Shown here piece after piece: positions 19,012-29,180 of a stretch of DNA of 64,000 bases (position 1 is its first letter; each line of letters opens with the position of its first letter). Where the stretch lies: contig CAVZNW010000002.1 in NCBI GenBank assembly GCA_963776755.1, positions 163,741 through 227,740 on the forward strand. Direction: 5' to 3'. Source of the stretch: an uncultured Acidobacteriota bacterium. GTDB lineage: Bacteria > Acidobacteriota > Thermoanaerobaculia > UBA5066 > Gp7-AA6. The notes beneath the pieces are model-generated. The model had not been told where the DNA came from and made no database searches. It worked only from the letters and a program-made list of their open reading frames with translations. Made by a program: the position numbers and the translations under genes.

Positions 19012-21180
19012 GCGCCACCCGCCGGCAGTTTCTGCAGACCGCCGCCGCCGGAGGCGCGGCTCTGCTCGTCGAGGTGCCGCTCTTCGGCAAGGGCGAGGCC
19101 GCGCGCCTCGCGCCGAACCCGTGGCTCTCGATCGGAGCGGACGGCCAGGTCACGCTCGTCGTCGGGCACTCGGAGATGGGGCAGGGCGTGCGGACCTCGC
19201 TCGCCATGATCCTCGCCGAAGAGCTCGAGGCCGACTGGTCCGCCGTGAAGATCGCGCAGGCGTCTCCGGGGCCCGGCTACGAGAACCTGAGCACGGGCGG
19301 AAGCGACAGCGTCGAGGACTCGTGGAAGCCGCTGCGCACGGCCGGGGCCACCGCGCGCGAGATGCTCATCGCGGCGGCGGCGCGGACGCTGGAAGGTCCC
19401 GGCGGCCGAGTGCGCCGCCCGCGACGGCGCCGTGATCCATGCCGCGACCGGGCGCCGCCTGGCGTACGGGAAGCTCGTCGCCGCTGGCGGCCGCGCTCCC
19501 GGTGCCGAAGGAGCCGCGTCTCAAGGACCGCAAGGACTTCCGCCTCGTCGGCACGGCCGTGAAGAGGATCGACGGGCCCGCGATCGTTTCGGGGCGCGCG
19601 GTCTACGGCCTCGACGTCCGGGTGCCCGGAATGCGCTTCGCCGCCGTCGCTCGCTGTCCGGTCCCCGGCGGCAAGCTCGCCCGGTTCGACCGCGCGAAGG
19701 CGATGGCGGTCCCGGGCGTGGAGAAGGTCGTCGAGGTCTCCGACGGGTGTGGCGGTCGTCGCGCGCGACAGCTTCGCGGCGCTCTCCGGGCGCGACGCCC
19801 TCGCGGCCTCCTGGGACGAGGGCGCCAACGCGTCGCTGACGACCGCCGAGCTCGCCCGGCGCCTCGACGACCCGAAGAGCTCGCGCCACGCCGCGCACCG
19901 GACGCGCAACCAGGGCGACGCGGCCGCGGCGCTCGCGACTGCGGCCACGCGGCTGGCGGCGACCTATCGCGACGGCTTTCAGGCCCACGCGACCGTCGAG
20001 CCCCAGAACTGCACGGCGCAGGGTCGCGGGAGGCCGCTGCGAGATCTGGGCGCCGACCCAGAATCCCGGCCGCGTCCAGAAGGAGTGCGCCGAGCTGCTG
20101 AAGCTCGCGCCGGAGAAGGTGACGGTCCACGTGACGCTTCTCGGCGGGGGCTTCGGGCGGCGCCTGCACGCCGACTACGCCACCGAGGCGGTCGAGGTCG
20201 CGCGCGCCGCGGCCGTGCCCGTCCAGGTCGTCTGGTCCCGCGAGGACGATTTCCTCGGGGACTATCTCCATCCGAGCGAGCGCGTCGATCTCGAGGCCGG
20301 GATCGACGCCTCCGGAAAGATCACGGCGTGGACGCACCGCTCGACGTGCTTCCACCTGTCGATGTTCGGCCCGCTCGACCCGGCCGACAGCGAGAACGAC
20401 GTCTCGCCGTGGGGCGGCTACGACACCCCGTACGCCATCGAGAACATCGCGTCCGGATACACCGAGGTCGAGTCGCCGATCCGGACGGGCGCATGGCGGG
20501 CCGTCTACTACCCTCCCAACGTCTTCGCGCGGGAGTCGTTCCTGGACGAGGTCGCCGCGCGCCTCGGGCGAGATCCGCTCGCCCTGCGTCTGGCGCTTCT
20601 CGAAGGGGAGCCGGCGGTCCTCACGCTTCCCAACGGCCGCTGGAAGATCGACCGGCCGCGCCTGGCGGCCGTGGTGAAGCTCGCCGCGGAGAAGGCCGGC
20701 TGGGGCTCGAAGCTCGAGGCCCCCGCGGGACGCCGCGCCGGGCGCGGCATCGCCTGCAACGTGTACCACGCGAGGACGGTGCTCGCGCAGGTCGCGGAAG
20801 TCTCGGTGGGCCCGGCTGGCGACGTGCGCGTCGACCGGATCGTGACCGCGGTCGATGCCGGGCAGATCGTCAACCGTCTGGGCGTCGAGGGCCAGGTCGA
20901 GAGCGGGATCGCCTGGGGGCTGTCCTACGCGTTGAAAGGCGAGATCACGATCCGCGCCGGCCGCGTCGCGGAGACGAGCTACGCGGACTTTCCCGTCCTG
21001 GCCCTGTCGGAGATGCCGCGCGTGGAGACGCACCTGGTCGACGGCGACCGGCCGCCCACCGGCCTCGGCGAGCAGCCGGTGCCGACGGTGGCGCCGGCCG
21101 TCGCCAACGCGATCTTCGCCGCCACGGGCCGGCGGGTGCGCAGCGTGCCGATCCGGCCGGAGCATCTGACGGCGAGCTGA
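19008..21180 (+). pseudogene. Molybdopterin-binding large subunit (IorB-like) with a Tat signal, interrupted by about 4 frame switches within 19370-20025
   Basis: The ATG overlaps the iorA-like stop (ATGA). [20 protein letters not shown] is a twin-arginine signal. The sense reading passes through frames 0>1>2>0>1: ...REMLIAAAA / RWKVPAAECAARDGAVIHAATGRRLAYGKLV / ALPVPKEPRLKDRKDFRLVGTAVKRIDGP...VEKVVEVSDG / VAVVARDSFAAL...HATVEPQNCTA / CEIWAPTQNPGRVQKECAELLKLAPEKVTVHVTLLGGGFGRR... and then stays intact to the stop at 21180. Confidence 0.75.
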
Positions 21181-21215
21181 AGGCGACGAGCGCCTCGCGC
21201 CGACGCGACGCGCCG

Positions 21216-24200
21216 TCAGGACGCGCGCGAGAAGCTCGCGGGGGCTGGGGCCGCGGGCGAGCGCAGGGTCGCGAGCTCCAGGGGGATGCGGAGCCGCACC
21301 TCGGCGCCGCCGCCCGGGGCCGGCGCGAGCTCGAGCCGGTGCCGGCCGGGATACAGGGCCTCGAGGCGCCGGCGGGTGTTGGCGAGGCCGATGCCGCCGG
21401 TGGTGTCGACCGTGCTCGTCCGGGGGCCCGGTCCGTTGTCGCGGACCGTCAGGGCCAGCTCTCCCGTCTCCTCCCGCGCGGTCACCGCGATCCGGCCGCG
21501 TCCCGCGCGTCCGCCGAGGCCGTGCTTGATCGCGTTCTCGACGAGCGGCTGGAGGAGGAAGCTCGGCACCTTCGCCGCGGACACGGCGGGATCGACCGCG
21601 ATCGAGACCTCGAGCCGGTCGCGAAACCGGACCTGCTCGATCGAGAGGTACTTCTCGAGGATCGCGATCTCCTCGTCGAGCGTCACGAGCGGGTTCTCCT
21701 CGGACCGCAGCGAGAGGCGCAGCAGGTCGCCCAGCCGCACGACCATCTGCCGCGCGCGGTCGGGGTCCTTGCCCACGAGCGGCAGGATGCTGTTCAGCGT
21801 GTTGAAGAGGAAGTGCGGGCGGAGCTGGAACTGCAACGCGTCGAGCTGCGCCTCGACGAGCGCGGTGCGCAGGCGTTCGCGGACCTCGAGCCGCCGCACC
21901 CGGCCGCGGTGGAGGGCGACGCCCGCCGCCGCCAGCAGGAGGAGGGCGAGCCCCCGAAACCACCAGGTCTGGTGGACTCGGCGGGCCAGGACGACCTCGC
22001 ACGCGGCGCCGGCCTCGCTCCAGACGCCGTCCTCGTTGGCGGCGCGCACGCGGAAGCGGTAGCGGCCGGGCGGCAGGTTCGTGTAGTACGCCGTGCGCCG
22101 CGTCCCGGCGTCGACCCATTCCTTCTCGAAGCCCTCCAGCCGGTATCGGAACCGGACCGCCCGCGCGTTGCGGAACGTCAGCGCGGTGTAGGCGAGCTCG
22201 AGCTTGCGGGTGCCGGCCGGAAGGGCGACCGTCGGCGGCGAGCGGGATCGCCTGGCCGTCGGCGGTGACCTGCTCGATCACGACGTTCGGCGGAACGGGA
22301 TTGCGTTCGATGCGCGCCGGGTCGGCCATGACGAGGCCCTTGACCGTCGCGAACCAGAGGCGCCCGTCGCGGCTCCTCCAGGCGCCGTGCTGGGCGTTGT
22401 TGCACTCGGCCAGCGTCATCGCGGTGGCGGTCGTAAAGGTCGCCGCGTCCGAAACGCCGCCGGGCGCGCGCGCGGCGGCCGCGAGCTCGGCCTGCGAGAC
22501 GCGGAAGACGCCCCGGTTGCTCGTGACCCAGAGGTATCCGCGTCCGTCCTCGAGCACCCGCTGCGCGGCGTCGTGGAAGACGCCCTCCTTCTGCCGGTAG
22601 GTCGTGAAGCGCCCGTCGCGGTAGCGGGAGAGGCCGCCGCGCGTGGCGAACCAGAAGGTCCCGTCCGAGTCCTGGTACGTGGACATGACGACGTCGTGCG
22701 CCAGGCCGTCCTTCGTCGTGAACGTCTCGAAGCGCCCGCCCGCGTACCGGGTGACGCCGCCGCCGAAGGTCCCGATCCAGAGGCTGCCCTCGCGGTCCTC
22801 GAAGAGCGAGAAGACGGCGTCCGAGCCGAGCACGCCCGGGCCGCGGATAGGACGGAGATCGTCCCGTTCTCGATGCGGTTGACGCCCGACCCCATCGTCC
22901 CGACCCAGACGGCGCCCTGCCGGTCGACGAGCACCGACGAGATCCAGTTGCCCGAGAGGCCCTCGGCCGTCGTGTAGCGCCGCGTCCGGCCGCCCTCGAC
23001 GCGGACGAGTCCGGCGCCGCGCGTTCCCACCCAGAGGCCGCCCGCGGGGTCCTCGGCGATCGCCATGACCGAGGCGCCGAGCTTCGCCACGGGCTCGAAG
23101 CGGTCGCTGCCCGGAGGCATCCGGTTCAGGACGCCCTCGGCCGTGCCGGCCCAGAGGTTGCCGCGGCCGTCCTCGAAGACCGACCACATCCGCGCGTCCG
23201 AGAGCCCCTCCGCTTCGGTGTAGACCGCGACGCGCTGCTCGCGGAGACGGTCGAGCCCGCCGTCGCCGGTGCCGACCCAGAGGCTGCCCTCGCGGTCCTC
23301 GGCGATCGACAGGATGCGGTTGGACGAGAGTCCGTCGGCCTCGCCGTGCCGCGCGAATCGGCCGTCCCGGAAGCGGAAGAGGCCGCCGTCGGTCGCGAGC
23401 CACAGGCTGCCGTCGCGGTCGAGCGCGAGCGCCCGCACCAGGTTGTTGGTCAGTCCGTCCGCGAAGGCCCAGGTCCGGGTCGAGCGGCCGCTCACGTGCG
23501 CGAGCCCGCGGCCCGTTCCGACCCAGAGGCCGCCTTCCGGATCCGCGAGCATCGCGAAACCGCCTCCCGGAAAGCCGTCGCGCACCCGCCACGGCTCGAG
23601 CCGGTCGTTCTCGAGGCGCGCCGCTCCCCAGGCGCCGCCGACCCAGAGGGTGCCGCGCCCGTCCTCGGCGATCGACAGGATCTTGCTCGGGAGGCCCTCG
23701 GGCAGCGGGTAGCTCCGGCTGCGACCGCCCGAGAAGCGCGTGAGTCCGGCGCTCGAGCCGACCCAAACGGATCCGTCGCGCCCCTCGAGGAGGCAGGTCA
23801 CGATCGCGCGGGCGAGGACGCCCTCGACCGGCGGCAGGAACTCGCCGTTTCGCCGCCTCGCCAGACCCGTGACGGTGCCGATCCAGAGCGTGCCGTCGCG
23901 GCTCTCGAGGAGGGCCTGGACCCAGTCGTCGTTGAGCGCCGTCGTGTTGCGCGTGTCGAAGGTCGTGAAGCGCACGCCGTCGAAGCGGACGAGGCCCTCC
24001 TGCGTGCCGAGCCAGAGGTACCCGTCGCGGGACTGGAGGACCGCCGTGATGGAGTTCTGCGGCAGGCCCGAATCGCTGGTCCAGACGTCGTGCCCGAGTT
24101 GCGACAGCGGTGTCGACGGATCGAGGCCCCAGAGCTGGCAGGCGGCGAGCGCCAGCAGCGCGGCGAGTCCGAGTCGGGCCCGGTTCACGCCCCCAGAAAA

Positions 24201-24224
24201 ACCCGAGAAGAGGGGGTGCCGCAA
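21216..24224 (-). CDS. Sensor histidine kinase: periplasmic two-component-regulator beta-propeller repeats, a Y_Y_Y domain, a TM segment and a LytS/YehU-type kinase. Two compensating frameshifts near 22860 and 22240.
   Basis: Repeated ...DG.LW(I/V)GT..GL.R... propeller blades. Y_Y_Y-like segment FRYRLEGFEKEWVDAGTRRTAYYTNLPPGRYRFRVRAANEDGVWSE. TM segment WWFRGLALLLLAAAGVAL. Kinase motifs RPHFLFNTLNSI and LVENAIKHG. TTG start at 24224; a GTG at 24188 (VNRARLGLAALLALAA) is an alternative start. Confidence 0.75.
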
Positions 24225-24291
24225 GCCCGCGCGGATCGTCGATGGCGCGGCGGGGACGGAACGCGGGTTTTCCGGGACGATCAGCCTGGCG

Positions 24292-24738
24292 TCACTTCGC
24301 CCGCCGCCACGTCCACTCCTCGCTCGCGGGCTGGCCCTGGAGCGTGCCCTCGATCCGGGCGTGGAGCGCCCCGTCGCCGCCGAGCCAGTAGAGGATGCGC
24401 GTGGGGAAGTCGTGTTCGGCGTTCTCGAACACCACCCGGTCTTTCGTGCTCTCGATCATGCGGAAGGGCGTCGCGGGCCGGCCCTGGGGGCTGCCCCAGT
24501 ACGTCAGGCCGTCCTTCGAGGCATCGATGCGGAGGAACTCGAAGGACACCGTGCGTCCGCCGGACACGTCGCGGTGGAGGCCGAGCATCGAGCCGCCCTT
24601 CGGGGCGGTCCAGACCTCTTCCATCTCGGTGCCGCCCTGGGTCCCCGCCCAGCTTCCGGTCATCCAGGACAAGGACGCGGCGTCGGACGGCGCGGGCGGA
24701 GCGGCCGAGAGAGCCAGGGCCAGAAGCGTCGCGAGCAT
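24292..24738 (-). CDS. Small exported protein of unknown function
   Basis: 148 aa with an AGGAGG ribosome-binding site. Signal peptide MLATLLALALSAAPPAPS. No catalytic motif recognised. Confidence 0.6.
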   Translation of the reverse strand: MLATLLALALSAAPPAPSDAASLSWMTGSWAGTQGGTEMEEVWTAPKGGSMLGLHRDVSGGRTVSFEFLRIDASKDGLTYWGSPQGRPATPFRMIESTKDRVVFENAEHDFPTRILYWLGGDGALHARIEGTLQGQPASEEWTWRRAK

Positions 24739-24763
24739 CGGACCTCCTTTGTCGACGCGGACT

Positions 24764-25654
24764 CTACGCCGGGCGGGGAGGGCCGTCTTGAACGAATGCG
24801 ACATCGCCCGAGACGCGGCCGGAGAGCAGAGCCTCGAGGCGCGCGGGCGCGATGAAGTAACGCCCGAGCTCCCCGCACGCGGCCTGACCCGAGGCGGGGG
24901 TGACCCCGGCGAGCTCGCGGAACTCGCGCACGAGGTGCGCCTGGTCGGCGTATCCGCAACGGGCGGCGAGGTCCGCCCAGGCCGCCGCGGGATCGCGTCC
25001 CGCCAGCCGCAGAAGATTCTGGAAGCGGATGATGCGCGACAGCGTCTTGGGCGCCACACCCACGCCGGTTCGGAACTCCCGCTCGAGCTGGCGCGGGCTG
25101 CACCCGGCGCGGCGGGCGATTTCGGCGACCGGCAGCCGGCCGCGGCCCGCCAGCACCATCCCGACGGCCGAGGCGAGACGGCGGCCATGCCCGGGAGATC
25201 GCGCGAGCCTCGCCTCGAGGTAGCGCTCGATCGCCGAGCGGCGCGCCGCGTCGTCCCGCGCTTGCCCGACTTCGCTCTCGATCGAACGGCCGCCGGCGCC
25301 GAAGAGATCCGAAACCGATACCGTCTCGTCGGTCAGGAGGTCGATCGGCAGCCCCAGGACCTCGCGCGCGCCCCCCGGCCGGAAGCGGACGCCGAGCGTG
25401 CGGACCGGTCCGGTCGGCGCGATCCGGAGCGGCCGTGTCATCTGCCCGACGACGAAGCTGCGGGGCTGGGGGGAGGGCCGGCCGTCGTCCCCGACGCGCG
25501 CGTAGGGGTCCCGCAGGTGAAAGATCCACTCGATGCAGCCGTCGGGCAGGACCCGTTCGGGCGGCCCGGGCCCGGCCGCGTCGTCCTCCGCGAGCCAGAC
25601 GCACTCGATGCGGGAGGCGAGGGAGGCCCGGACGCCGTGCTCGACGTATCGCAT
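24764..25654 (-). CDS. AraC-family transcriptional regulator
   Basis: 296 aa. C-terminal HTH pair ...VAEIARRAGCSPRQLEREFR...GYADQAHLVREFRELAGVTP. Starts 4 nt after the upstream kinase stop. Confidence 0.8.
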   Translation of the reverse strand: MRYVEHGVRASLASRIECVWLAEDDAAGPGPPERVLPDGCIEWIFHLRDPYARVGDDGRPSPQPRSFVVGQMTRPLRIAPTGPVRTLGVRFRPGGAREVLGLPIDLLTDETVSVSDLFGAGGRSIESEVGQARDDAARRSAIERYLEARLARSPGHGRRLASAVGMVLAGRGRLPVAEIARRAGCSPRQLEREFRTGVGVAPKTLSRIIRFQNLLRLAGRDPAAAWADLAARCGYADQAHLVREFRELAGVTPASGQAACGELGRYFIAPARLEALLSGRVSGDVAFVQDGPPRPA

Positions 25655-25658
25655 GGCG

Positions 25659-26992
25659 TCAGGCCGCCGGCGCGAGCGGGAGCCGCAGGCGCGCGATCGA
25701 GCCGTGGTGGCCGCGGCGGTTCTCGAGCGAGAGGCTGCCGCCGTGGGCCTCCGCGATCTGCCGGCGAGAGCACGAGGCCGATCCCGGAGCCGCCGGGCTT
25801 CGTGGTGAAGAAGGGCACGAAGAGGTTCGTCGTCGTCGGCAGGCCCGGCCCGTCGTCGGCGACCCAGATCTCGAGCTGACGCGCCGCCGCGCTTCCAGCC
25901 GAGGGCGACGCCCCCCTTCGTTTCGAGCGCGGCGTCGGCGGCGTTGCGCACGAGGTTGATCAGCAACTGCTCGAGCTGATCGGCGTCGGCCCGGACGTTG
26001 AGGGCGGGCCCCGGGATGACGCCGACCGGCAGCCGCGTCTCGAGCCGGGCCACCCTCGCGAGGAGGTCGCCGACGTCGACGGGGGCCGGGGAGGGCGGCG
26101 GCAGGCGGGCGAGCTTCGCGTAGGCGGACGTGAAGCGGGAGAGCGCCTCGGCTCGCGAGGCGATCACCGAAAGCCCGTGGCGCAGGTCTTCGCGCCAGTC
26201 GGCCGGGGGCTCGCTCTGGCCCGCCAGGGTCTGGAGGCTCCCGGCGATCGACTGGATCGGCGCGAGCGAGTTGTTGAGCTCGTGGCCCAGCACGCGGATC
26301 AGGCGCTGCCACGCCTGGCGCTCCTCTTCTCGCAGCGGCCGGCTCACGTCCGCGAGCACCAGGAGCCGGTGGGGCGCGCCGCCCTGGCGAAACGCGCTCG
26401 TCCGGATCTCCCACCGGCCCGACCCGCCGGGGAACGCCGCCTCGCGGATCTGGGGCGCGCCCTCCTCGAGAAACGCCGCCAGGCCGACTTCCTCGGCGCG
26501 CCGCCCGCGCAGCCGCGGCTCGGGCTGGCCGAGCAGCGTCTCGCCGAACCGGTTGACGAGCTGGAGCTCGCCCCTCTCGTCGAAGGCGAAGACCGCGACG
26601 TCGATCTCGGCCATGACCTTGGACAGCAGGGCGGTGGCCTCGAGCGCTCCGAGCCGCTGCTCGCGCAGCGTCGCCGCCAGGGCGTTGACCTCGAGCAGCA
26701 CCTCGCCGAGCGGGTCGTCCGCGCGGGCCCCCCGCGCGCGGATCGAGAAGTCCTCCTCGCGCATCGCGGCGAGGAGGTTGGAGACGGTCTGCAGCGGGCG
26801 GACGATCCGCTCGCGCATCGCCTGCGTGAAGGCGAGAAAGGCGAGGAGGAGAACGGACGTCAATGTCCACCGCAGCTTCGGCGTGAAGTCGCCCGTCCAG
26901 AGCAGGACGAGCGCCGTCGTCATCGCGGGCAGCGCCGCCAGGAACGCGAGGAGGAGAACCCGCCGGTCGTGCGTCAGCGCGCGGGCGGCCAT
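25659..26992 (-). CDS. Sensor histidine kinase (NtrB/AtoS-like: 2 TM segments, HAMP, HisKA, HATPase). Two apparent frameshifts in the ATPase domain near 25881 and 25763.
   Basis: H-box LGHELNNSLAPIQ and N-box LLINLVRNAADA. The reading then passes through two more frames: QLEIWVADDGPGLP...LFVPFFTTKPGGSGIGLVLS / RQIAEAHGGSLSLENRRGHHGSIARLRLPL. Stop at 25659-25661. Confidence 0.75.
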
Positions 26993-26996
26993 GACC

Positions 26997-28353
26997 TCAT
27001 TGTCCGTGTTTCTCGAGACGGCGGTAGAGGGCGCTGCGCGAGAGGCCGAGGGCCCTGGCCGCCTGGCTGACGTTGCCGCCGAAGCGGTCCATGGCCTTGC
27101 GCACGAGGAGGCTCTCGACTTCCTCGAGGGAGAGGTCCTCCAGGCGCGTCGCATCGCCGCCGCGCTTCAAGCCCAGGTCCCCGGCGCGGATCGCTCCGCC
27201 CGCGGACATGAGGACGGCGCGCTCGATCGCGTGGTCGAGCTCGCGCACGTTGCCCGGCCAGGGGTGCGCCAGGAGCGCCTCCATCGCGGCGGGCTCGAAG
27301 CCCGCGACCTTCTTGCGGTAGCGCTCGGCGTGGCTCTGCAGGAACTGCCGGGCGAGCAGCGGGATGTCGTCACGCCGCTCGGTCAGCGACGGCACGTGGA
27401 TCTCGATCGTGTTGAGGCGGAAGAGCAGGTCCTGGCGGAACCTCCCGGCCGCGACTTCGGCGGCCAGGTTCGCGTTGGTGGCCGAGAGGATCCGGACGTC
27501 GCAGCGCCGGGTCCTCGACGAGCCGACGCGCTCGAACTCGCCCGTCTCGAGGACGCGCAGCAGCTTGCCCTGCTGGGACATGGGCACGTTGCCGATCTCG
27601 TCGAGAAAGAGCGTGCCGCCGTCGGCGAGCTCGAAGCGTCCGACCCGATCCGACCGCGCGTCGGTGAAGGCCCCCTTGACGTGGCCGAAGAGCTCGCTCT
27701 CGAAGACGCCTTCGGAGATCCCGCCGGCGTTCAGGGTCAGGAAGGGGCGCGAGGCCCGGGGCGAGGCGGCGTGGAGCGCGCGGGCGACGAGCGTCTTGCC
27801 GGTGCCGTTGTCGCCGGTGATGAGCACGTTGGCGTCCGACGGGCCGACCCGGGCGATGACGTCGAGGACCGGGCGCATCGCGGGGGAGGCGGCGACGAAG
27901 GCGGGGGCGCCTTCGTGCCGGAGGATGCGGTTCTCCGCCTCCAGGCGCTGGCCCGACCCGCAGGGCCTGCCCGAGCGCGATCTGCGTGCGCAGCGTCGTC
28001 AGCAGCCGCGCGTTGTCCCACGGCTTCTGCACGAAGTCGCGGGCGCCGTGGCGCATCGCCTCGACGGCGAGGTCGACGGTGCCCCAGGCGGTCATGACGA
28101 TCACCGGAAGCGTCGGGTCGATCTCCTGGATCTTCGCCAGCAGGTCGAGGCCCTCCCGGCCCGAGGTCGTGTCGCGGGTGTAGTTCAGGTCGATCAGGGC
28201 GGCGTCGCGTTCCTTCGCCTCCACGGCCGCGAGGACTCCCGACGGCGAGCTCGCGGTCTCGCACTCGAGGCCCTCGCCCTTCAACAGCAGGCGCAGGGCC
28301 TCCAGAACGTCGCGCTGGTCGTCGGCGATCAGGACGCGCGGCGGGCGGTTCAC
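26997..28353 (-). CDS. Sigma-54-dependent response regulator (NtrC family: REC, AAA+, Fis-type HTH). One apparent frameshift near 27955.
   Basis: REC domain: VLIADDQRDVLEAL...DAALIDLNY...VIVMTAWG. AAA+ domain: ITGDNGTGKTLVARALH, GHVKGAFTDA (GAFTGA-type sigma-54 contact loop), FRQDLLFRLN. HTH: NVSQAARALGLSRSALYRRL. The GTG start overlaps the ACT gene stop (GTGA). Confidence 0.85.
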
Positions 28354-28742
28354 GGCTTGTGCTCGAAGAAGCGGTGGCCCGCGGCGGTCAGTGCGTCCAC
28401 GGCGCGCGGCAGCCTGTCCTCCGGAACGAGAACGTAATCGGTGTCGTGCGTCGAAAGCGCGAAGATCGGGACGCCGGCCTCGGCGAGCGGCGCCGCGAGC
28501 GAGGCGAGGATCCCGGTGAGCGCGAAATCCAGAGGGCCGGCCACGCGCATGGCCCGCCAGCCCCGGCTCGCGGCCGCCTCCGGCGGGACGGCGTCCCCGA
28601 CGCAGACGATCGAGAGCTCGTCTCCGGTGCGCGTCACCGAGAGCAGGCCGCCGGCGCCGGCCCAGCGGGGCACGGGCGCCGAGGCGTCCAGCCGCGCGAT
28701 GGCGAAGGATTCGGGCAGAATCGAGAGGGAGAGCAGCCGCAA
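28350..28742 (-). CDS. ACT-domain protein (small ligand-binding domain). TTG start.
   Basis: 130 aa. (M)RLLSLSILPESFAIARLD...GPLDFALTGILASLAAPLAEAGVPIFALSTHDTDYVLV is typical of stand-alone ACT proteins. Starts 4 nt after the msrB stop. Confidence 0.6.
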   Translation of the reverse strand: MRLLSLSILPESFAIARLDASAPVPRWAGAGGLLSVTRTGDELSIVCVGDAVPPEAAASRGWRAMRVAGPLDFALTGILASLAAPLAEAGVPIFALSTHDTDYVLVPEDRLPRAVDALTAAGHRFFEHKP

Positions 28743-28746
28743 GCGG

Positions 28747-29154
28747 TCACCGCGGCCGGAAGTCGAGCGCGGCGGAGTTCATGCAGTACCGCAGGCCCGT
28801 CGGCTCCGGCCCGTCGTCGAAGACGTGGCCGAGGTGCGAGTCGCAGCGGCGGCAGAGGACCTCCGTCCGGGAGAGAAACAGGCTGGCGTCCTCGCGGGTC
28901 TTGACGCTCGCGGGCGAGGACGGCGTGGCGAAGCTCGGCCACCCGGTGCCCGACTCGAACTTCGCCTGCGAGTCGAAGAGCGGGTTCCCGCAGGCGGCGC
29001 AGGCGTAGGTCCCGTTCCCGTGGTGGTTCCAGTACTTGCCCGTGAAGGCGCGCTCGGTGCCCTTCTCGCGCAGGATCCGGTACTGCTCCGGAGTCAGTGC
29101 CGCGCGCCACTCGTCGGGAGTCTTCTCGACGCGGCCGGGTTCCTCGTCGACCAC
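28747..29154 (-). CDS. msrB: Peptide-methionine (R)-S-oxide reductase
   Basis: YACAACGNPLF..., GWPSF, LCRRCDSHLGHVFDDGP and GLRYCMNS are the canonical MsrB zinc and catalytic motifs. Confidence 0.9.
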   Translation of the reverse strand: MVDEEPGRVEKTPDEWRAALTPEQYRILREKGTERAFTGKYWNHHGNGTYACAACGNPLFDSQAKFESGTGWPSFATPSSPASVKTREDASLFLSRTEVLCRRCDSHLGHVFDDGPEPTGLRYCMNSAALDFRPR

Positions 29155-29180
29155 GGCGGGAATCTACCACCGGCCCGAGG

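Noticed and set aside
1-28353. Programmed ribosomal frameshifting as an explanation for the frame switches
   Set aside because: There are too many switches (up to four per gene) in unrelated gene families. They go in both +1 and -1 senses, and I could see no shared slippery heptamer or downstream structure at the junctions.
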